The notes: generated by a model from the letters alone, not told the origin. Counted from the stretch's first letter, positions 26,263 to 41,359 are shown. The stretch is DNA of 64,000 bases from Octopus vulgaris (GCA_951406725.2 OX597827.1:1488001-1552000); one strand, 5' to 3'. A program made the numbers and translations.

Positions 26263-26647
26263 GGGAAGCACTCCATCGGTTACGACGATGAGGGTTCCGG
26301 TTGATCCGAATCAACGGAACAGCCTGCTCGTGAAATTAACGTGTAAGTGGCTGAGCACTCCACAGACACGTGCACCCTTAACGTAGTTCTCGGGGATATT
26401 CAGCATGACACAGAGAGTGACAAGGCCGGCCCCTTGAAATACAGGTACAACAGAAACAGGAAGTAAGAGTGAGAGAAAGTTGTGGTGAAAGAGTACAGCA
26501 GGGATCACCACCATCCCCTGCCGGAGCCTCGTGGAGCTTTAGGTGTTTTCGCTCAATAAACACTCACAACGCCCGGTCTGGGAATCGAAACCGCGATCCT
26601 ATGACCGCGAGTCCGCTGCCCTAACCACTGGGCCATTGCGCCTCCAC
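26263..26647 (-). mobile_element. tRNA-derived SINE family E, young full-length copy (possibly octopus OK/OR type)
   Basis: Minus head ggaggcgcaatggcccagtggttagggcagcggactcgcggtcataggatcgcggtttcgattcc with A and B boxes; CpGs intact. The family name is from memory only. Confidence 0.85.
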
Positions 26648-26799
26648 GTATATGTATATATAGCATTAGGAAGGGTATCCAGCCATAGAAATCATGCCAA
26701 AACATACAGGAAGCCTGAACAGCCCTTCAGCTGGTCAGATCTTGTCAAATCGTCCAACCCATGCCAGCATGGAAAACTGACATTAAATGATGATGATGA

Positions 26800-26844
<45 letters not shown>

Positions 26845-27106
26845 AGTGTATACATATACGTAAATGTCAAACAATGAGAATGAGTGCTCAATACTACATT
26901 GGGGGATAAAAATTCTTCATTGTGCATTAAGGCTACCATTGGTTTTATGTTAAGAAAGTGTCTTGACAATTTACTCAAGCCGATCCCATAGCAAAATTGG
27001 AGTTCATTTCTATGTTGGATTAAAACATGTATATATAGTTATATATGTATATGTGTGTGTGTATGTCTATATATATATATACATGCACACACATATCTAT
27101 CTATTA

Positions 27107-27176
<70 letters not shown>

Positions 27177-27306
27177 GTACAATATGTATGCCTGTGTACT
27201 ATGAATATACCTGAAGTCATTGTTGAAACTGTAGAGAAAGTGGGATTTAGTTTTTATCAACCATTTTCTTTCTCCTCCTTCTTAACCTTTGCATCCTCCT
27301 CTTCTT

Positions 27307-27342
<36 letters not shown>

Positions 27343-27590
27343 TATTATTAATGCAATTGCTTCTATTTACTATTACTACTACACCTACAACGAAACCATA
27401 TAATAACCAGCAGCATCACCACCACCACCACCACCACCACCGCTGTTATCATCTGCATTGTGATCTGCAAAGTAATCATATATATCAAAAATGGGGATAA
27501 TGATAACACTAATAATGACTAGCTCATGATGATGATGATGATGAGGATGATGATGGTAATCATCGTAATCACCATCACCGACATTATCAT

Positions 27591-27621
<31 letters not shown>

Positions 27622-27962
27622 AGCAGCAGAAGCAGCAACCTTATAGCTATCTTTCTAGGAGTCCCTTTTTTTTTTTTTCCCAAAACCAATATGGCAAGAA
27701 CTCAGCTAGGCTATATGCTCCTTGCTCTCCCCCTTCCACTGTCTCATCTACCTCCTCCTCCTCCACCAGTCCTTTCATCCCCCCCCCCCCCTCCACCGCC
27801 ACTACCACCAATACACAGATACAGACTTGCTGCCCTACAAACACATTTGGCACCAGTTCAAACTACTGCAGGCCTGCTTGGGAGACAGGTCAACAGTTAT
27901 GACGGCCTGATGGGTGGGGTTGGGATGTGGCTGTCCACTCATACAGTTTGAGTTCTGCACTG

Positions 27963-28003
<41 letters not shown>

Positions 28004-28198
28004 TATATACATATATATATATATATATACATATATATATGTGTGTGTGTGTGTGTCTATTTTTTGCCTTTTTGTTTTTTCTTTATTTTTGTTTTTGTCT
28101 TGGTAATGGATTATGGGTAAGGATGGGAGTATTCCTTATGTATGTATATTGATATACAGATGCATAGAGATTATAGATATATAAGTGTACACATATGC

Positions 28199-28231
<33 letters not shown>

Positions 28232-28305
28232 TATGTGTATATATATATGTATATATATATGTATGTGTGCATGTATTATGTACGTATTTATATCCATGTG
28301 TGTAG

Positions 28306-28344
<39 letters not shown>

Positions 28345-28799
28345 GTGTATGTATGTATGTATATAGATATGTGTGTGTATATATATGTTTATATATATAT
28401 CCCACCCATACCAGCATGGAAGGTGGACGTTAAACGATGAGGATAACGATGATGATATACATATATATATATATACACACATTTATATGTATATATATAT
28501 ACGTGTGTGTGTGTGTGTACATGTGCATGTGTGTGAGTGTATATGCAGAACTACACTCAGGCATCAATATGCAACAATGAGCTATCGTTTACCACATTGC
28601 AGTATGTTGTTGTTACATTTGTTTTTATATGTTTTTCTTTTATTATATAATTTATCTTGTCTTTCTTTTTTTCTTTTCTTGTCGATTGGTTTATTTCATC
28701 ATTATTACTGCCTCTCACATCCTGGTGGGAGCTAAATGGACTGGACGGGTGGGGGTGGGGTGGTGGGTGGTTCGGGGGTGGAGTAGGGTGATAATGGTC

Positions 28800-29832
28800 A
28801 TGAAATCAGTGATCTATAATGATGATGATGATGATGATGAAAATGATGGTAATAACGGTATTGGTGGTGGTGGTCGTGGTGGTGGTGTCGATGCTGGAGA
28901 CGTTTGGTCATTATGATCAGAACCATGTTGTTGTCGGTGGTAGTGGAGGTGGTAGTAGCCATTATGGTGGTGATGGTGGTGGTGGTGGTGGTCGCTGTTG
29001 TAGTTGTGATGGTGGTAGTGGATGATGTGATGGAGTGGTGGTGGTGGTAATGGTGGTGGTGATGGTGGTGTTGGTGGTGGTGGTAATGGTAGTGTTGATG
29101 ATGGTGATGGTGGTGGTTGTAGTGGTGATGGCAGCAGCCGTGTTTGTAGTGTTGGTGTTAGTTGTGGTATTGTTGTTATTTTTGTTGTGATGGTGATGGT
29201 AGTGGAGATGGTGGTTGTGGTGATGGTAGTGATGAAGTGGAAGAGTGTGGTAGTAATTGGGGTGGTAGTGTTGTTGTTTATTGTTGTTGTTGCTGGTGAT
29301 AATTGGTGTTGTCAGTGGTGGTGGTGGTGGTGGTGGTGGTGGCGGTGGTGATGATAGTTGTTGCTGTTTTGGTGGTAGTGGTGGTCACAATGGTGCTGAT
29401 GATGGTGTTGGTGTTCTTGGCAGTGTCAGAGACGAGGACAGACAGGTTAATGGTGATGTTAGTGGTAGTGCAGTATACAGATGTTTGTGGTGATGATGTC
29501 GATGATGATGCTGTTGCTGCTGCTGATGATGATTGTAATGATCATTGTGATGATGATGATGATGATAATAATGATGATGATAATAATGATGGTGGTGGGA
29601 ATGATGATGACAATGATTTCAATGATGACGATGATGATGATGCCTGATGGTGATGAGGATGATGATGATCAAGATGCTAAAGAGGATGATAATGGTAACA
29701 GTGACAATGATAATGATGATGATGATGATGACGACAGCAATGATAGTGACATTTGTGATGATGATGATGATGATGATGATAATTGCGACAGTGATGATGA
29801 TCATGATGATGATGGTGATGACTAGAATAGTA

Positions 29833-29863
<31 letters not shown>

Positions 29864-29890
29864 CAGTAATGATGACTTCAACGACGATGA
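28800..29890. repeat. (GGT)/(GAT) degenerate trinucleotide tract
   Basis: Direct inspection; produces poly-G/V/D/M pseudo-ORFs. Confidence 0.9.
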
Positions 29891-30238
29891 TAAAGACAAC
29901 ACAACTAAGAACGTGACCATATCCATTTCTCCATGCTCACACCCCTAGGTTACTCCACTTACTGGTGGTGGTGGTGGTGGGGTTAGTGGTGGTGGTGGGT
30001 GACAATAATGAGATAAATGATTATGATGAAAATAATCATTATTAATCTCCATTTATCTACTCTGGCCTGGATTCAATGAATCTCATCCTATTACTTGGTT
30101 CTCCTTGTTCCTTGTCATTTTTTCTGTAAGTCCCCCAGCATCCTTTCCTGTCCGGAGATTAGATGCAGCATATGAATAATGTCCCTAGATTTACAGGAAA
30201 ATAATTTTCAATATATAACCCCCATCAATTTGAGGGGG

Positions 30239-30279
<41 letters not shown>

Positions 30280-30422
30280 CACACACCACACACATATATA
30301 TATATACACATATATATATGTATGCATATATAGATGTATATATATATATGTACAGATATACATATATATGTATTTTCATATACATTTATACATACATATA
30401 TATATATATGCGTGTATGTATA

Positions 30423-30510
<88 letters not shown>

Positions 30511-30589
30511 ATAAATATATATATATATTTATATATATATAAACATATATATGTACATACATATGCATATATATATATATACATGTATA

Positions 30590-30647
<58 letters not shown>

Positions 30648-31029
30648 TATGTGGTTGTATAGACCAGTTAGAAATAGTAGCTGAACTGAATCTTTCCTTA
30701 AAATGCATGTATTTTCATATACATACATACATACATACATACATTTATTTTTTTGCTTGGTTCAGTCATTTGACTGTAGCTATGCTGAAGCTTCTTAACA
30801 CACCACCACACCTCCACCTGTACATAAATATAAGCAATTGTGAAATCCAAGGATCTGAGTGTAGGAAGTTTGTAAACTTTGAGCCGTCCATGTTAGGTAT
30901 AAAAAGCACCATTCAAGAACAATAATAATTTATTGAGGTTGAAGGTTGCAGGCTTTTCCCATCTCGAAGTTCAATTAGCTGAAGAACTTGTAGAGCTGAT
31001 TGTTAGCAACATGAGTCACTATTAATCAG

Positions 31030-31318
31030 GGAGTGGAGCAGGCAAAAGGCAGACAACACATGTTTCCTTGCAAGCAGATCCTCTGATGTAATAATTAATC
31101 AATGAGGGGTAATTAGCTAGCCACTAATCAGGCTGAAGACACTTCATTATCTTCAGTGAGTTAACTTGGGATTCCTAAGGGACAATGTAATTTTCATATA
31201 TCCATGGTATCTTCGGCCTGATGACTGGCTGGCTGAGTACCCCTCACTGTGTAATTATTACATCAGAGGATCTGCTAGCTAGGAAACATATGTAGCCTGG
31301 ACTTTATTTGTACCACGC
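31030..31318. mobile_element. Palindromic PLE-like element with hammerhead motifs in both arms
   Basis: Arms of about 115 bp (31030-31145 and 31205-31318) are diverged reverse complements. Confidence 0.75.
31215..31297 (+). ncRNA. Type I hammerhead ribozyme, extended helix II
   Basis: ggc-CTGATGA-ctggctggc...gctagctag-GAAAC-atat-GTA-gcc: intact core, 9-bp helix II base plus further stem, palindromic helix III ACATATGT, GUA cleavage triplet. Confidence 0.75.
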
Positions 31319-32041
31319 CATCAATTTGGATATATGCCAGTGCCGCCTCGACTGGCTTCCGTGCCGGCGGCACGTAAAAGCACCATCCGACCGTGGCCAT
31401 TGCCAGCCTCGCCTGGTACCTGTGCAGGTGGCACGTAAAAAGCACCCACTACACTCACAGAGTGGTTGGCGTTAGGAAGAGCATCCAGCTGTAGAAACAC
31501 TGCCAGATAAGACTGGAGCCTGGTGCAGCCTTCTGGCTTCCCAGATCCCAGGTCGAACCGTCCAACCCATGCTAGCATGGAGAATGGACGTTAAACGATG
31601 ATGATGATGATGATGATGATATATATAGGCGCAGGAGTGGCTTTGTAGTAAGTAGCTTGCTTACCAACCACATAGTTCCGGGTTCAGTCTCAGTGCATGG
31701 TACCTTGGGCATGTGTCTTCTACTATAGCCTCAGGCTGACCAAAGCCTTGTGAGTTGATTTGGTAGACGGAAACTGAAAGAAGCCCGTCGTATATATATA
31801 TGTATATATATATGTATGTGTGTGTGTATATGTTTGTGTGTCTGTGTTTGTCCCCCCAACATAGCTTGACAACCAATGCTGGTGTGTTTACATCCCTGTA
31901 ACTTAGTGGTTCGGCAAAAGAGACCAATAGAATAAGTACTAGGCTTACAAAGAATAAATCCTGGGGTCGATTTGCTCGACTAAAGGCAGTGCTGCAGCAT
32001 GGCCACAGTCAAATGACTGAAACAAGTAAAAGAGTAAAAGA

Positions 32042-32085
<44 letters not shown>

Positions 32086-32115
32086 TTATATATACATATA
32101 TATATATATAAATTA

Positions 32116-32242
32116 GGGAATGGAGCAGATAAAATCTAAGCTACATATGTTTCATTGCTGGCAGAAGGTTGGAAGCAGTAAATTATCCAAAGAAGGATAG
32201 ACTGCAAACTACTCACAGAGGCCTTTAGATTATCGTTAGGAG
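32116..32242 (-). ncRNA. Degenerate hammerhead of the 31.2-kb family
   Basis: Minus strand carries GAAACATATGTAGC and a downstream tail homologous to the 31030/31300 arms; long helix II hairpin; 5' core decayed to CTAACGA. Confidence 0.45.
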
Positions 32243-32286
32243 ATCCCATGTTAACTTGTTTGGGATTTGATCAAAATATATCTATA

Positions 32287-32319
<33 letters not shown>

Positions 32320-32743
32320 ACTCATCATCGTTGTTGCAGTCATTATCTTCATCATAGTTTTGTTTGCTTTCTCTGTTGCCATGGGTGATGGGATTACTTC
32401 ATTAAGAGACAGCTCATATTTTTTTTTATTTCTTGTGACACCAGCACCAGAGATTTATCATATCTTTGACGAGACTCCAAATCTGCAAAACCTTCAAATG
32501 CTTGTGGTTCAGCTGCCGTTCTTCATGAAATGTTGGTAGTTTCTGTCTTTTAGTAAGCAAATATGTCTGGAAAGTACTATGACATCTTCAGTCGTTTTGG
32601 AGGCATTGATGGTATGGGTTTGTTGTGCTGCTGTAGTCAACTCTTGAATAAATTCTCTGCAAGCCATATGTACCATTTATGTGTTACTGTTTACAGAGAC
32701 AGTATCTCGCTTACAGAATAAGTGAGTGTATATATATATATGT

Positions 32744-32783
<40 letters not shown>

Positions 32784-32997
32784 ATATGTATATATATGTA
32801 ATATGTGTATGTGTGTGTGACTTCATGTCTGTAAAATATTCAGTCTAAATCAGTTAAAAATAACACAGAATGAACAACTCAGAAAGAACAAAGTATGATG
32901 ATTGTTGTATTAGTTTCAGCTGAACACTTGAGAGGAGACCGGAGTGTCTTGACATTTCAGACATTAGTCCTTATTGAGAAAGAAAAGAAAATGAAGG

Positions 32998-33048
<51 letters not shown>

Positions 33049-33121
33049 ACAAATATATATATAAGTGTGTGTGTGTGTGTGAGTGTGTGTGTATGTATAT
33101 ATATATAATCTATATATACGT

Positions 33122-33153
<32 letters not shown>

Positions 33154-33689
33154 GCATGTGGCACGTAAAAAGCACCCACTACACTCACGGAGTGGTTGGC
33201 ATTAGGAAGGGCATCCAGCTGTAGAGACACTGCCAGATAAGACTGGAGCCTGGTGCAGCCTTCTGGCTTCCCAGATCCCCGGTCGAACCGTCCAACCCAT
33301 GCTAGCATGGAGAACGGACGTTAAACGATGATGATGATGATGATGATGATGATTACCCATTTGTAGAAATATTCTTGGAATATTTTTGTGCCACTCTATC
33401 TCTTTCCTTTACTTTGCTTCTCTTAATTTCCTTTCTGTTTGTCTATCTCTCTTTCTCTCTCTCTTACTCTCTCTCTCCCTCCCTCTCTCTTTCTTTGTTA
33501 CTCTCCTCCCACTATCATGTGATCCATGACTGCCTAAAGCAGTGTTGTTCTTTTTCGCGTTGCCTTCAACCAGACATGTCACGATTTTCTGAGTTCCTTG
33601 CTTCTCTTAAGGTCCTTCCTTTCTCTCTCTATCTCTCTCTCTCTGTCTGTCTTTCTCTGTTACCCTCCTCCCACTATCATTTGTGGCTC

Positions 33690-34105
33690 CATTAGTGGCT
33701 AAAGAGCCCTGCTCTTGACAAGTATACACAACTGTAAACATTGCAAACCAAACTCACCCCATTCACGACGCAAGTAGTGCACTCTTGAGTGCCATGCTTA
33801 AATTCTTCATGCAGAATACTTGCTCTTTCAAAGTTGGTGACCCCACCTTAAACTGCTTCCTCCATCTGTAGTGATGACATGCATTGCTCTCCCAGTTGGT
33901 CTCCTGCATATCACAGGCCTTTATTGAGGACTTGACACAGTCCTTAAATCGCAACCTTGGTGTCTCTGCCGGGGTCTCTTTCTACTAACAAGTTCCCCAT
34001 ATAGCATCTGCTTAGGGATCCTGCTATCCTTCATTCTAATAAGGTGTCCAGTCCAATGTAACCAGTGCTTGTGCACCATCACCTCAATACTCAAGATATC
34101 AGTTT

Positions 34106-34108
<3 letters not shown>
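33690..34108 (-). mobile_element. RTE/BovB-like LINE, 3' fragment
   Basis: ILSIEVMVHKHWLHWTGHLIRMKDSRIPKQMLYGELVSRKR../RFKDCVKSSIKACDM..WESNA..RWR. Confidence 0.9.
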
Positions 34109-34198
<90 letters not shown>

Positions 34199-34659
34199 TA
34201 TGAAATAGTAATTGATTACATAACCAGAAGAGGGATTTGGTATTAGTCTTTATTTTGTATGACGATTGTTTTGACCAATCCTGTTACTGTCCCTTATGGG
34301 TGAGACTCAGTGCATCATGCTGTGTTGCATCCATTTTGCAGTGTGGGTCATATCAGGTTCATCCATGCATGATGTGGTGTCATGCTAAAGATCTTGTGTT
34401 TTTGGTGGTCATGTTCTTATTTGCCCATCGAGGTATTTTCCCACCTGAGGATGACACCAGGTAACTGACACTGTGCCAATGCTTTGCTCATTAATACACA
34501 TTAATACACTAATTGGCATACACTCATTAGTTCAAAATATTACACACACACACAGAGGCATATATAAGCATACATATATACATATGTATGTATGTGTATA
34601 TCTTCATGCATAGAAGTAGAATTTTTGAAAACATTTCTTCTGAATTTAGCACTCATTCA

Positions 34660-35545
34660 ACAGCAGCAACAAAACCACCACCACTACCACCACCACCAAA
34701 CAATACCAACACCACCACCACCACAACCACAACCACCACCACCACCACCACCACCACCACCACCACCACCACCACCACCACCACCTACTCCCACCAAACA
34801 ATACCAACACCACAAATGCCACCGCTATTATCCCTGCTACCTCCACAACCACTACCACTACCACTCCTATAACTATTACCAATACCTGCACCGCAACCAC
34901 CACCACCACCACCATCACAGGTAACAACAACAACAACGACAACAATATCAACAACAACTATAACAATAGCAACAACAATACAACTAACAAGAGGACCACT
35001 TTCATTACAAACCCCCACATCATCATGAATATTATCAAAGCTACCATCATTACCAGCACTAACAACACCTGAACCACTAATACAACCGCCACCACCATCG
35101 CCACCTCTACATCTACCTCCACTTCCAACAGTGCTCTCACCTTCAACACCACTAATACCACTCCTATCATACATTACTATCATACCAACACAATTACCAT
35201 CACTAGCAGCACAGCCACCACCACCACCACCACCACTTACAACCACATTTGGCACCACCACCATCACCACCTCTATCACCACAGCCACCATTAACACCAC
35301 TATCACCATCACCAACTTCACCACTACCACGACGACGACGATGACGACGACGACGACCACTACCACCACCACCATCACCACCACCACCATCACCACCACC
35401 ACCATCACCACCACCACCATCACCACCACCACCAACTTCACCACTACCACCATCATCACCACCAACTTCAACATTACCACCACCACCACCACCACCACCA
35501 CCACCACCACCATCATCACCGCCTCCGCCGCCACTGCCGCCACCA
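34660..35545. repeat. (ACC)/(AAC) degenerate trinucleotide tract
   Basis: Direct inspection; source of the poly-T/P/V ORFs. Confidence 0.9.
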
Positions 35546-35891
35546 AGAACAAAAAGCAGAACAAGACTAGAATGAGCATTATCATCACTGGCAGTGCTGC
35601 CAAATATTGATACAAAGTGTTGAGCAGAGTCAAAGGTTTGGAGGTTTTGCAGGACATCAGAAAGACTGGGATGATATATTGTATGTGATGTCAGAGTTCA
35701 AATCTCGAGTACAGCAGCAGAGCCAGAGAAGGGCTGTGGATTCTTTATCAATGTTTGTAATCTGGCAGAGAATGTTTCAAACAGAAAAAACATCAGCTTT
35801 GCTGTGAAAGCCACATTGGTTTTGTGGTGGGTTTTAACACTTATATTATCATCATCATCATCACCTTCATCATCATCATCACCTTCATCAC

Positions 35892-35937
<46 letters not shown>

Positions 35938-36267
35938 GTCGTCGTCGTAGTCCTCATCCTCATTGTCATCGTTATTGTAGTTGTTTTATTGTCCATTTTT
36001 CTATACGCTTGTATGGGTCAGACAGAGTTTGTTGAGGCAGATATTTCAACAGCCAGATGCCCTCCCTGTCACTAACACTTCCTCTCACACCTCTTTGCAA
36101 GCAAGGAAATATTCACCCATGGCTGAATATGCTTTTCATAGATGACTGATAAAGAAAAAAGAAAGACTGTTTGTAAGCTGGCAGTATATTTCAAACAGGA
36201 AAAACATCAGCTTTACTGTAAAAACCGTATAAGTTTTGTGGTTTTAACTCTTATCTTATCATCTTGT

Positions 36268-36600
36268 GAAGGCGCATGGTTCAGTGGTTAGAGCATCGAG
36301 CTTACGATCGTGAGGTTGTGAGCTCGAATCCAGGACCGGGCTGCGTGCTGTGCTTGAGCAAGACACTTTATTTCACGTTGCTCCAGTTCACTCAGCTGTG
36401 GAAATGAGTTGCAACGTCACAGGTGCCAAGCTGTATCGGCCCCTTTGCCTTTCCCTTGGATAACACTGGTGGCATGGAGAGAGGAGGCTGGTATGCATGG
36501 GCGACTGCTGGTCTTCCATGAAACAACCGTGCCTGGACTTGTGCCTGGGAGGGTAACTTTCTAGGTGCAATCCCATGGTCAGTGTTGTGACCAAAGGGGG
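36268..36600 (+). mobile_element. SINE family C, full length
   Basis: gaaggcgcatggttcagtggttagagc (A box), gctcgaatcc (B box), cttgagcaagacactt. Other copies at 13580-13715, 62900-63220 and 63425-63650 (-). Confidence 0.85.
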
Positions 36601-37849
36601 TCTCAGAATTATCATCATCATCACTTCCATCATCATCGACATCATCATCATCATCATCATCATCGTCGTCATCGTTATCGCTGTCATTGTTGTTGTTTTA
36701 ATGTCCATTTTTCCATGCACATGCTTGGGTTAACTAGAATTTGCTGAGGTAGATAAGGTAGAAATATTCTAACACCTGGATGCTCTTCCTGTTGCTAACC
36801 CCCCTCACTCTCTCCCACTCTCTCTCTCTCTCAACTGTTTTCAAACAAGCAAATATTTCCCCATGGCAGGATATATTTCTCAAAGACGACTGATAAAAAC
36901 ATGATATTGTTTGTTATGATTGTAAAAAAACACAATTCTTTTACAACATTTTACACACAGAGGAATGCACACACACATATATATATATACATATAAATAT
37001 ATATATATATGAGTGTATATATATTCTTTTATTTGTTTTAGTCATTAGACTGCAGCCATGATGGAGCACCACCTCAAAGCGTTTTGTCAAAGACTTTGAG
37101 AGCAGGACTTATTTTTGCTGAACCACAAAGTTATGGGGATGGAAACACACCAACACCAGTTGTTAAGAGATGGTGGGGAACAACCTTGGACACAAAGACA
37201 CACAGACAGACTTCTTTCAGTTCTTTCAGTTCCACTCATGAGGCTTTGGTTAGCCTGATACTACACTCTTTTACTCTTTTACTTGTTTCAGTCATTTGAC
37301 TATGGCCATGCTGGAGCACCGCCTTTAGTCGAGCAAATCGACCCCAGGATTTATTCATTGTAAGCCTAGTGTTTTCGCTCATAATCACACACAACGCCTG
37401 GCGTGAGATTCGAACCTGCGATCCCTCAGCTGCAAGTCTGCTGCTCTAGCCACTAGGCCATGTGTCTCCACCATTGAAGGGTTTAGTTGAACAAATTGAC
37501 CTCAGTACTTACTTTTTAAAGCCTTATTTTATTGATGTGTGTGTGTGTGTGTGTGTGCCAGTTTGTATAAATGTGCATATGTATGTATAAATGTATGTAT
37601 GTATATATGTAACAATAAGTGAAGGAATCAATATGATTTTTATATCTAGATATTTGCATTTAAGTGCATGTATATATATATATATATATGTATGCTTGTG
37701 TATATCTTTATATCTATGTATGTCTGTAAGTTAGTGTCAACATTATCATCATTATCATCATCATCATTGTATAAATAGGTAAATGTATGCATGTGTGCAT
37801 ATGTGAGTGTATATAAGACTATGTTAAGAACTTAACATGTATGTGTTTG

Positions 37850-37884
<35 letters not shown>

Positions 37885-37887
37885 ATT

Positions 37888-37919
<32 letters not shown>

Positions 37920-38550
37920 CCTGTATGTGCAAATATATTTATGAGTATGTATGAATGAAAGTGTACAGAAGTGTGTAAGTGAATGACTAAGACTGGACCT
38001 TGCAGAGGCACACACACACACACACACACACGTTTATATATATATATATATACACATTTATATCCATATATGAGGTTTATATGTGTACATGTATGTTAAT
38101 ATTCTACACATAGGTGCATACGTGCTTTTGTGCGATTGTATACGTGATTGCCTATAGACGAAGCACTTGAAGATGTCTATCTCCTCTACTACTTGAGATA
38201 AACTGCCTTCTGTGGTTTTAGAGTTTGGACAGAGTATGATGGAGTGACGTTCACTCGTTTGTTCGTTTGTAGTTTGATGGCAGGGGTTGGTTTGGGGGAG
38301 AGGTCATAATCTGCAGGATGGGTAGGGGGCAGGTGTCGTTGCTGGAATGTGTTGCTGTAGGAGGAGGAGGAGGAGGAGAGATTGTGCTGGTTGTCCTATA
38401 GAAACAGCTGTCAGTTCACGCATACATATATGTGTGCATGTGTGCATGTGTGTGTATTCATATATATATGCATATGTATGTATATATTCATATATATGTA
38501 AGTATTTATATATATATATATATATATATATAAACATATATACATATATG

Positions 38551-38605
<55 letters not shown>

Positions 38606-38665
38606 ACATAGATACATAAATACATTTATATATACACATATATATATATACCTATATATACTACA

Positions 38666-38732
<67 letters not shown>

Positions 38733-39678
38733 ATAATAATAATAATATTTAATACAAGCATCACTTATGCTACTGCATCTGCACAAGATATTTTGGTGGA
38801 AGACCAGTGGCTGCCCATTACTTTAAGTCCCTTCTCTCCATGCCACCAACATTAATCCAAGAAAAAGGCTTTTCATTTTAGGCTGCTGATACAGAAAGGT
38901 ACTATTGTCAATATTATATTAGGCAATTCTGTAAGAACGCATAAATCTGAAAGAGGTATTGCAAGGCGTTTTACTTAAATGCTCACACAGTTCTCTAATC
39001 CATTGGTCTGGATTGTTACATGTTCTCACAACCCTAAATGAAGCACATAGTTGACCCTGATAGGATTTGAATTCAGACTACAGAACCACAACAAACACCA
39101 CAATGTATTTTATCCAAATTCTCTACTGACTCAGTTAATTTGCTACTTGAAAGTGCATTTAAGGCACAGGAATGTTATAACAATGAGATTTGACTGTTCA
39201 TTTTAGTACCAGGTATGTTGACTCTGAGGTGGCTCTCCCATGTGGGCATGTGAAACGTTTTGGCACTGCTGGTTTGGCATTATTTATTTGGCATTGCTGA
39301 TTTGATGATGACTTACTTGACATCAGACGTTTTAATGTCTCTCTCATTCTCTCTCTTCTGCTTTCTCCTCTCTCTTTCCGTTTGTCTCTTTTTTAACAAA
39401 TCTGTATATTTTGGTGTGCACATGCACCTGCGTGTGTGAATGTGTGAGTGAATGTGTGCTTGCCTCTAGTGCCAAAAAGATCTGTTACCAAAACTGTGCA
39501 GAACATCTAGTCAGCCAATCCAAATCGTCTGCATCTGCATTCAAACAGCCATACCAAAGCGTCTCACTCATTCAGCCTATGTGGATGTGTTCATGATTAG
39601 TTAGTACCACCGATGAAGAATACAATACCACCACCACCACCACCACCACCACCACCACCGTTACTACTACTACTACTT

Positions 39679-39719
<41 letters not shown>

Positions 39720-40125
39720 GCTGCTGCTGCTACTGCTACTACTACTACTACTACTACTACTACGCAAAGTTCTTCCCTTTAGTCAATCACACACTCACTC
39801 CAATACCAAACATCAAACACCAAAACGTCAAAACATCCTCCTGATTCAACACTCAGTTCACATAAAGTTTGTTATTGCTCAGTTGTAGTAGTATAGTAGT
39901 AGTAGTAGCAGCAGTAGTAGTAGTAGTGGTGGTGGTGGTGGTGGTGGTGGTGGTGGTAGTAGAGGTGGTAGTGGTGTTTGGTGGCTGCATTGCCAGCCTT
40001 ATCAGCAGCAGTAGAAGAAGGAGTGGTGGTGGTAGTAGTAGTAGTGGTAGTAGTAGTAGTAATGGCAGCAGCAGTAGTAGTGGTGCTGGCAGTGTTGGTA
40101 TTATTATTATTATTATTATTATTAT

Positions 40126-40178
<53 letters not shown>

Positions 40179-40218
40179 ATGGTAGTAGCAGTAATGGTAG
40201 TAGTAGTAGTGGTAGTAC

Positions 40219-40252
<34 letters not shown>

Positions 40253-41359
40253 GGTAGTGGTGGTAGTAGTAGCAGCAGCAGCAGCAGCATCAGTAGTAAC
40301 AGCCGTAGTTGTCACCCTTGACTAGCATCATTGAAAAAAGCCATTATGTAAGATTGTTCTTTCCAGGGCTGGCTCATGCCATTTAGTAAGCTCTCATCAT
40401 CAGCTTATCTGACAGAGATAATTTTTTCCGGAATCTTTTCACCAATTATTCTTCCTCATACAACGCACACATTCAACGTTGTTCATCGATCTTTGAGATA
40501 ACACAATGCTTTTTCACCTTCCATGTTTCACATCGTTCTGTGTACAATACAGGGTGAGAGAAAATGTCAAATATAATGAATGTGGGTGTATGTGGGTGTG
40601 TGCGTGTGTGTTCATGTATTTGTGTTCATGTATTTGTGTCTGTGTGTGTGTGGATGTGTGTGAGCCTCTAACGTCTACAATGTGTGTATATGTGTGCATT
40701 ATATATATATATATGCATACATACATATATATATATATTTATATATATTTCTACTGGATACATATGCATGTTTGGTGTTTATAAAAGCATGTTTCTTTCT
40801 CTCTCTTTCTATCCTTACATATGTGAGTGTGTATATACATATGTATACACATACATGTGTATATATATATATATATATACACATACATGTGTATATATAT
40901 ATATATATATATATTGATACATATATATACATATAAATACTTATTTGTACTACATAGGTAAATGTGTTTATAAATATTTGTATGTATATATATATATATA
41001 TATATATATACATTTGTTATATATACATACAAACACACACACACACACACACAATACATATATGTAGGTGGGCATGTGGGGGTGGGTTTGTGTGGGCATG
41101 TGCCTCCTTGTCTTCACATTGGATGCTAGTCGTAAACAAATGTCACTGTGATACAAAAGATCTTAATCATTTGAAATCTTGTGTGGAAATCCTATCTGGC
41201 CTTGAAGAAATAATACCTTGTTTGGAAACAAGTGAGGGTTGATGACTGGAAAGGCATCCGGCCATAGTAAAATGAACCTCAACAAATCACATTTGGCCCA
41301 TGCAAATATAGAAAAGTAGGCTCTAAAACAATGATGAACAATGAGGATATACTTAAGTG

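Noticed and set aside
26570-26647. tRNA gene
   Set aside because: Continues into a SINE body shared with other copies; it is a SINE head.
34785-35657. 290-aa minus ORF and mucin-like plus ORFs
   Set aside because: A trinucleotide low-complexity tract lacking stops by composition; no convincing splice sites.
40345-40405. Minus-strand CTGATGA...GAAA with partial stem
   Set aside because: No helix III or NUH positioned to close helix I; probably chance.
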